Shown here piece after piece: positions 59,227-64,000 of a stretch of 64,000 bases of DNA. Source of the DNA: Candidatus Eiseniibacteriota bacterium (GTDB lineage Bacteria > Eisenbacteria > RBG-16-71-46 > SZUA-252). Location: positions 64,001 to 128,000 of the forward strand of contig JANMQV010000152.1 in assembly GCA_031370645.1 (NCBI GenBank). The letters run 5' to 3'. The position numbers and the translations under genes are program-made. Below the pieces are notes generated by a model. The model saw only the letters and a program-made list of their open reading frames with translations. It was not told the DNA's origin and ran no database searches. Within the stretch, counting starts at the first letter, position 1; each line of letters starts with the position of its first letter.

Positions 59227-59475
59227 ATGGCGACTTTTAGTGAGGATCGGGTCAAGCAGATCATCGTGGATCAGTTGGGCGTAGCGCCGGAGCAGGTCAC
59301 GCCGGAAGCGTCGTTCATCGACGACTTGGGCGCCGACTCTCTGGACACGGTGGAGTTGGTCATGGCCCTCGAGGAGGCGTTCGACCTGGAAATTCCGGAC
59401 GAGGACGCCGAGAAGATGACGACGGTCGCGGATGCCATCAAGTACCTCGAGTCCCACGTCCCGAAGAACGCCTAG
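59227..59475 (+). CDS. acpP: Acyl carrier protein
   Basis: [14 protein letters not shown]. Confidence 0.98.
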   Translation: MATFSEDRVKQIIVDQLGVAPEQVTPEASFIDDLGADSLDTVELVMALEEAFDLEIPDEDAEKMTTVADAIKYLESHVPKNA

Positions 59476-59553
59476 GGAACGCGCGAACGCGCGCGCGGTG
59501 CGCCCCGGAGCCGTTCGTCCGGGAGTCGCGCCGTCACGGAGCGAATTCACGTC

Positions 59554-60810
59554 ATGATGAAGTCTGAAACGTCGCGCCGCGTCGTCGTCACCGGGCTGGG
59601 GGTCGTCTCGCCCCTCGGTTCGGAGGTCGAGACGTTCTGGCGGCGGCTCGTCGCGGGCGAGTCGGGGATCGGCCAAGTCACTCGGTTCGATACCACCGGC
59701 TACGACACCACGATCGCGGGCGAAGCGCAGGGCTTCAAGGCCGAGGACTATCTCGACCGGAAGGAAGTCCGGCGGGCCGATCTTTTCGTCCAGTTCGCGA
59801 TCGGAGCGGCGGTGCAGGCCGTGAAACAGGCCGGCGTTTCGCCGGAAACCGTCGATGCCACGCGCTACGGCGTGATCGTCGGTTCCGGAATCGGCGGCAT
59901 CGCCACGCTCGAGGATCAGCACCGCGTGCTCCTCGAGAAGGGACCGGGACGGGTCAGCCCGTTCTTCATCCCGATGATGATTTCCGATATGGCCGCGGGT
60001 CAAATTTCGATCCAGCTCGGCGCCAAGGGACCGAACTACTGCACGGTCTCGGCATGCGCGTCGGGGGCCCACGCGATCGGACAGGCGATGCGCCACATTC
60101 AGCGCGGTGAAGCGGACGTGATGATCACGGGAGGCGCGGAAGCGCCGGTGACGCCCGTCGCGTTCGCGGGATTCTGCTCCATGAAGGCCATGTCCACCAG
60201 GAACGACGAGCCGGTTCGGGCGTCGCGTCCCTTCGATGCCCAGCGCGACGGATTCGTGATGGGCGAAGGGTCGGGAATCCTCGTCATCGAGGAACTCGAG
60301 CACGCGAAGCGCCGGGGCGTTCCGATTCTGGCGGAACTGGTCGGTTACGGCGCCACGGGAGATGCCCATCACATGACCGCGCCCGCCCCCGAGGGTGAGG
60401 GTGCGGCGCGGGCCATGAGGGCGGCAATCGCCGATTCGGATTTGCCCATCGAATCGTTCGGTTACCTGAACGCCCACGGCACCTCCACGCCTCTCAACGA
60501 TAAGTTCGAAACACAAGCCATCAAGTCGGTGCTCGGGGAACACGCACGAAAGGTCGCCATCAGCTCGACGAAGTCGATGACGGGGCACCTTCTCGGAGCC
60601 GCCGGAGGGCTCGAGACCGTGATTTGCGTTCTCGCCCTGGAGCGAAAGACGCTTCCCCCGACGATCAATTACGAACACCCCGATCCCGACTGTGATCTCG
60701 ACTACGTCCCCAACACTGCGCGAACGGTCGAAGTGCAGGCAGCCCTTTCCAATTCACTGGGCTTTGGCGGGCATAACGTCACCCTGGCGTTGTCGCGATA
60801 CGTGGCATAA
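59554..60810 (+). CDS. fabF: Beta-ketoacyl-ACP synthase II
   Basis: [27 protein letters not shown]. Confidence 0.97.
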   Translation: MMKSETSRRVVVTGLGVVSPLGSEVETFWRRLVAGESGIGQVTRFDTTGYDTTIAGEAQGFKAEDYLDRKEVRRADLFVQFAIGAAVQAVKQAGVSPETVDATRYGVIVGSGIGGIATLEDQHRVLLEKGPGRVSPFFIPMMISDMAAGQISIQLGAKGPNYCTVSACASGAHAIGQAMRHIQRGEADVMITGGAEAPVTPVAFAGFCSMKAMSTRNDEPVRASRPFDAQRDGFVMGEGSGILVIEELEHAKRRGVPILAELVGYGATGDAHHMTAPAPEGEGAARAMRAAIADSDLPIESFGYLNAHGTSTPLNDKFETQAIKSVLGEHARKVAISSTKSMTGHLLGAAGGLETVICVLALERKTLPPTINYEHPDPDCDLDYVPNTARTVEVQAALSNSLGFGGHNVTLALSRYVA

Positions 60811-60843
60811 GGGGATTCCGCCGATGAGTGGAGTCCGAAACTC

Positions 60844-61899
60844 GTGAGATTTCTAAGAAAACTGTTCGGCCTGGACCGCCCCGCGGCCCCGGCTCATCGC
60901 GGCAAAGACCGCGATTTCGATTTGGCTGGTTTGGAACGCTGCGTTCACTACAAGTTCAAGGATCCGGCGCTCGCGCGTCTGGCCATGACCCACCGTTCCT
61001 ATCTCCACGCGACCCCCGGACGCGGCGGAGAGTCGAACGAGCGCCTGGAATTCCTCGGCGACTCGGTGGTGGGTCTCGTGGTGAACGAATTCCTCTTCAA
61101 GAAATTCACGAAACTGCGCGAAGGCGAACTGACGAAGATGAAGTCGCTCCTCGTGAGCCGGGTCATCCTCTCGCGCACCGCGAGTCACATGGGCCTCGGC
61201 AAGCACATCCTCTTGAGCGAAGCCGAAGGCGGATCGGGCGGCCGAAACCGCGCCTCCATCCTCGCCGACACCCTGGAAGGGGTCATCGGCGCCATCTATC
61301 TCGACGGCGGCTTGGAGCCGGCGCAGCAACTGACCGCGCGCCTCCTCCTGAAGGAAGTCCACACGATCCTGGGCGACGCGAATCTGGCGAACTACAAGTC
61401 GATGCTCCAGGAGTACGTGCAGGGCGAGTTCAAGACGCACCCCCAGTACCGCATTTCGAGCGAGAACGGCCCCGACCACCAGAAGCTCTTCACGGTGGAA
61501 GTCGTCGTTTCCGGAAAGTCGCTCGGCCGCGGGCATGGGCAGAACAAGAAGGAAGCCGAGCAGGAAGCGGCCCGCGACGCGCTCCTCCATTTCGAGAAGA
61601 TGTCGGGGAAGAGCGAGAAGCGACCGCATTCGACTCGCCCGCATTCCGTTCCCGCCCCCGCCGAGCCCGGTAGTCCCGCGGCGGCGGTGCAGGCCGCCGA
61701 GAGCGCGGCCGACCGGGAAGGGCGCCGCCGGCGCCGCCGGGGAGGCAGGGGTCGCCGTGGTGGACGAGGTCGGGGAGACGGGAAGCCCGACGGTGGAGAG
61801 TCCGGATCGTCCAGCTCTTCCTCGCGGTCGGGCGGAGGCTCCTCGTCGCACGAGCCGCCGGTCACCTCGGGGTCATCGTCCTTGCATGGCGATTCATAG
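60844..61899 (+). CDS. rnc: Ribonuclease III with long disordered C-terminal tail
   Basis: NERLEFLGDSV, dsRBD YKSMLQE...KKEAEQEAA. Confidence 0.96.
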   Translation: MRFLRKLFGLDRPAAPAHRGKDRDFDLAGLERCVHYKFKDPALARLAMTHRSYLHATPGRGGESNERLEFLGDSVVGLVVNEFLFKKFTKLREGELTKMKSLLVSRVILSRTASHMGLGKHILLSEAEGGSGGRNRASILADTLEGVIGAIYLDGGLEPAQQLTARLLLKEVHTILGDANLANYKSMLQEYVQGEFKTHPQYRISSENGPDHQKLFTVEVVVSGKSLGRGHGQNKKEAEQEAARDALLHFEKMSGKSEKRPHSTRPHSVPAPAEPGSPAAAVQAAESAADREGRRRRRRGGRGRRGGRGRGDGKPDGGESGSSSSSSRSGGGSSSHEPPVTSGSSSLHGDS

Positions 61900-61910
61900 C
61901 ACGGTATAAT
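61882..61910 (+). promoter_or_regulatory. Sigma70 promoter of the TPR gene
   Basis: TTGCAT-N17-TATAAT. Confidence 0.65.
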
Positions 61911-61989
61911 TCTCACTGTCGTCTCGATCAGGGGGGGAAGGCTCTCGGGCCTTCCTCGTCCCTTTTCGAACCCTTTCGGGAGACGACCC

Positions 61990-63660
61990 GTGCGCGATGA
62001 TCAAAGACTGAACCAGGCGATTCCGCCCCTTGTAGTCGCGCTATTCCTCGCCGCCTTCGCGGTTCCGCAGGCTCACGCCCAGTACCGTCTTCTCCCGCCG
62101 ACCGACATGACGCTCGTCGCGCGCTCCTCCTTGGCCGAAGCCGCGGGCGAGCCCGAAGCCGCCATCGCTTGGGCCGAATCGCTCTCCCGTCTGGAGCCTC
62201 GGAGCGCTTTCGCCCATGCCCGCGTGGCGGTCCTTCACGAGGCGATGGGACAGGATTTTGAAGCGCTCGCGTGGGGCGAAAAAGCCCTCGCCTGCGACAG
62301 TCTCAATATCGACGCCGCCATGCTGGTCGGGCGGATGCGGTTGCGTTCGGGGGAGAGTCAGGGCGCCGTGCAGGTCCTGACGCCCCCGCTACGCCAACTC
62401 GGCGCGCCGCCCGAGCTCTACGGGCTCCGCGCGCTGGCGCACGAACTCTCCCGCACCTATGACGCCGCGCTCGCGGATCTCAAGCGGACCGACGTCCTGC
62501 TCCCCGATTTCGCCTGGATCGCCACGGGAATCTTGAGCCTGTCGCTCGAGGACGGCCGGCTGGAGGAAGCGAAGCAAGCCCTTCAGCTGGCCCTCGAGCT
62601 CAGGCCGGAAGACGCCCGGGTCTTGACGCTCGGCGTCTCGCTAGCCCAGAAAACGGAAGATCCGCTCCTCGAGGAAACGCTCCTTCGCGCCCTGGCGCTC
62701 CTGCCGGAGACGCGGACGGCCGATGTCGCCTCCTACAGCGCGTTCCTCCATCGGCACGGGAAAGACGGTGAATTCCGCCAGTTGGTCAAATGGGCGGTTT
62801 CAAGGGGACTCGCCGAGGGTGATCTCCGGATCGAGGCGTCCCGCCAGCTCTTCCAGGCGGGGTTCAACGAAGACGCGATCGCCCTGGTGAAGCCGGTGGA
62901 CGACCCGAGGGCGACGGCCCTCCGGGCGCGGGCCTCCGTCTCCATGGGGAATGAGGTCGAAGCACTGACCCAATACCGACGACTCCTCCCCGCCATGGGG
63001 ATCTCGCGCGAGGAATCGCTGGTGGTCGCCTACTTGGAAATCCGGAAAGGGGACGAGCGCGTCGGCGTGAATCTCCTCGAGACGGCCCGCTCGTTTGGAT
63101 TCGACACCCCGCGCCAGGTCCTGGCGGCGAGCCTGTGCTACGCTCTCCTCGGCCATCCGGACGAGTCGGTGGCCCTGATTCGGGCCAGCGCCGCCCGAGG
63201 CATCGCCAGCGCCTCGCTCTACCAGGAGCTCGGCTCGGCCGCCTCCGCGATGGGGGACAAGCTCCTCGCACAGTGGGCCTTTGAGCGCGTCCGGGAGCTG
63301 GGAGGAGAATCGTCGGAATGCTTGACCTTCCTCGCCACGACCGATCTGGCCCGTGGGAAGCCCGATCGGGCGGTCCCGCAGCTGGAGCGGGCCATCCAGA
63401 TCAACCCCAAGAACGGCAAGGCGTTGCTGATGCTCGGCAGGCTCCGCCGCCAGTGGGGGCAGCTGGAATTGGCGCGGGAGTACCTCCGCCGCGCGGCCGA
63501 TTGTCCCGAGTCGTCCGGGGACGCGAACGCGGTTCTGGCGGAAGTTTGCCGGAGCCTCCGCCTCGACACCGAAGCGAAGGAAGCCGCCGCCAAGGCCCGG
63601 GCCATCCGGGTTCGGCCGGCTGCCCCGGGGCTCTCCCTCTTCCAAGGCGAAGCGCGCTAG
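61990..63660 (+). CDS. Secreted TPR-repeat protein
   Basis: Signal peptide ending AHA; helical TPR-like repeats. Confidence 0.75.
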   Translation: MRDDQRLNQAIPPLVVALFLAAFAVPQAHAQYRLLPPTDMTLVARSSLAEAAGEPEAAIAWAESLSRLEPRSAFAHARVAVLHEAMGQDFEALAWGEKALACDSLNIDAAMLVGRMRLRSGESQGAVQVLTPPLRQLGAPPELYGLRALAHELSRTYDAALADLKRTDVLLPDFAWIATGILSLSLEDGRLEEAKQALQLALELRPEDARVLTLGVSLAQKTEDPLLEETLLRALALLPETRTADVASYSAFLHRHGKDGEFRQLVKWAVSRGLAEGDLRIEASRQLFQAGFNEDAIALVKPVDDPRATALRARASVSMGNEVEALTQYRRLLPAMGISREESLVVAYLEIRKGDERVGVNLLETARSFGFDTPRQVLAASLCYALLGHPDESVALIRASAARGIASASLYQELGSAASAMGDKLLAQWAFERVRELGGESSECLTFLATTDLARGKPDRAVPQLERAIQINPKNGKALLMLGRLRRQWGQLELAREYLRRAADCPESSGDANAVLAEVCRSLRLDTEAKEAAAKARAIRVRPAAPGLSLFQGEAR

Positions 63661-63734
63661 GGGCCTCCCGCCCCGGCCTCGCCGTTTCGCCCCCGCCGGC
63701 CCCCTTCCGGGCCGGTCAACCCTCCATGAATCCA

Positions 63735-63760
63735 GGAACCTGGCCGACACCCCGGGGTAA
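63735..63760 (+). promoter_or_regulatory. ECF-sigma-type promoter, probably autoregulatory
   Basis: GGAACC-N16-GTAA directly upstream of the ECF sigma gene. Confidence 0.55.
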
Positions 63761-63787
63761 CAGACGATGAACCCGGAGGATGACGAC

Positions 63788-64000
63788 GTGCCCCTGGAGC
63801 TTGTTCGATTGAAACGGCTCGACAGCCTGGCCGAGCTAAGCGACGAAGACGTCATGGAGCGCTGTGCGACCGGCTCCGAGATCGCCTTCCGCGCTCTCGT
63901 GAAGCGCTACCGCGGCCGGATCATGAATCTCGTCTCTCGGTTCATCAACGATCGCGACCGCGCGGAGGAGATCTCTCAGGAAGTCTTCCTGCGCGTCTTT
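63788..64000 (+). CDS. ECF RNA polymerase sigma factor, 3' truncated (not in the ORF track)
   Basis: GGAGGA then GTG (in-frame ATG at 63767); LSDEDVMERCATGSEIAFRALVKRY...AEEISQEVFLRVF is sigma region 1.2/2. Confidence 0.88.
   Translation, partial: MPLELVRLKRLDSLAELSDEDVMERCATGSEIAFRALVKRYRGRIMNLVSRFINDRDRAEEISQEVFLRVF

Noticed and set aside
60808-60827. TAAG...GCCGATGA before rnc as a sigma28 promoter
   Set aside because: Spacer is only 8 nt.

Overview
High-GC bacterial chromosome segment that is mostly core genome. An FCB-superphylum organism such as Ca. Eisenbacteria/Latescibacteria is my inference from the FlgD/T9SS-type C-terminal domain, the FtsZ tail and gene order; it is not proven. 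In order, the window holds: (1) the 3' part of a beta-propeller/FlgD-Ig protein, a GNAT and two GT4 glycosyltransferases; (2) a dcw cluster (mraZ to ftsZ) with a STAS gene inserted after mraZ and no murB/ddl; (3) rpmB and recG; (4) an accessory-looking block at about 24.8-39 kb; (5) tgt-yajC-def-fmt-rsmB-PASTA-rpe-galE-DUF2007-rfaE1-rfaE2; (6) a MacA/MacB-like pair with no ATPase; (7) a COG2403 (arginine-synthetase/cDPGS-like) gene with sucCD-ndk; (8) yceD-rpmF-plsX-fabHDG-acpP-fabF-rnc; (9) a TPR protein and a truncated ECF sigma factor. The accessory block contains a zinc-ribbon protein, a patA/pimA-like/MFS operon, two unknown small proteins, an orphan extended MglA GTPase, TPR-trpA-UbiA, a TolB-like lipoprotein, csrA-fliS-like-flgM-like genes and a PAS kinase/NtrC pair. 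The most interesting signal is regulatory. Flagellar-type regulators with no flagellar structural gene in the window sit near correctly spaced sigma54 motifs (mglA, a small Cys-rich ORF), sigma28 motifs (zinc-ribbon gene, csrA) and CsrA-type GGA sites. This suggests a sigma54/sigma28/CsrA cascade wired to an Mgl-type polarity module. I saw no tRNA, rRNA, CRISPR array or mobile element. All functional calls come from motif recognition by eye, not from database searches.
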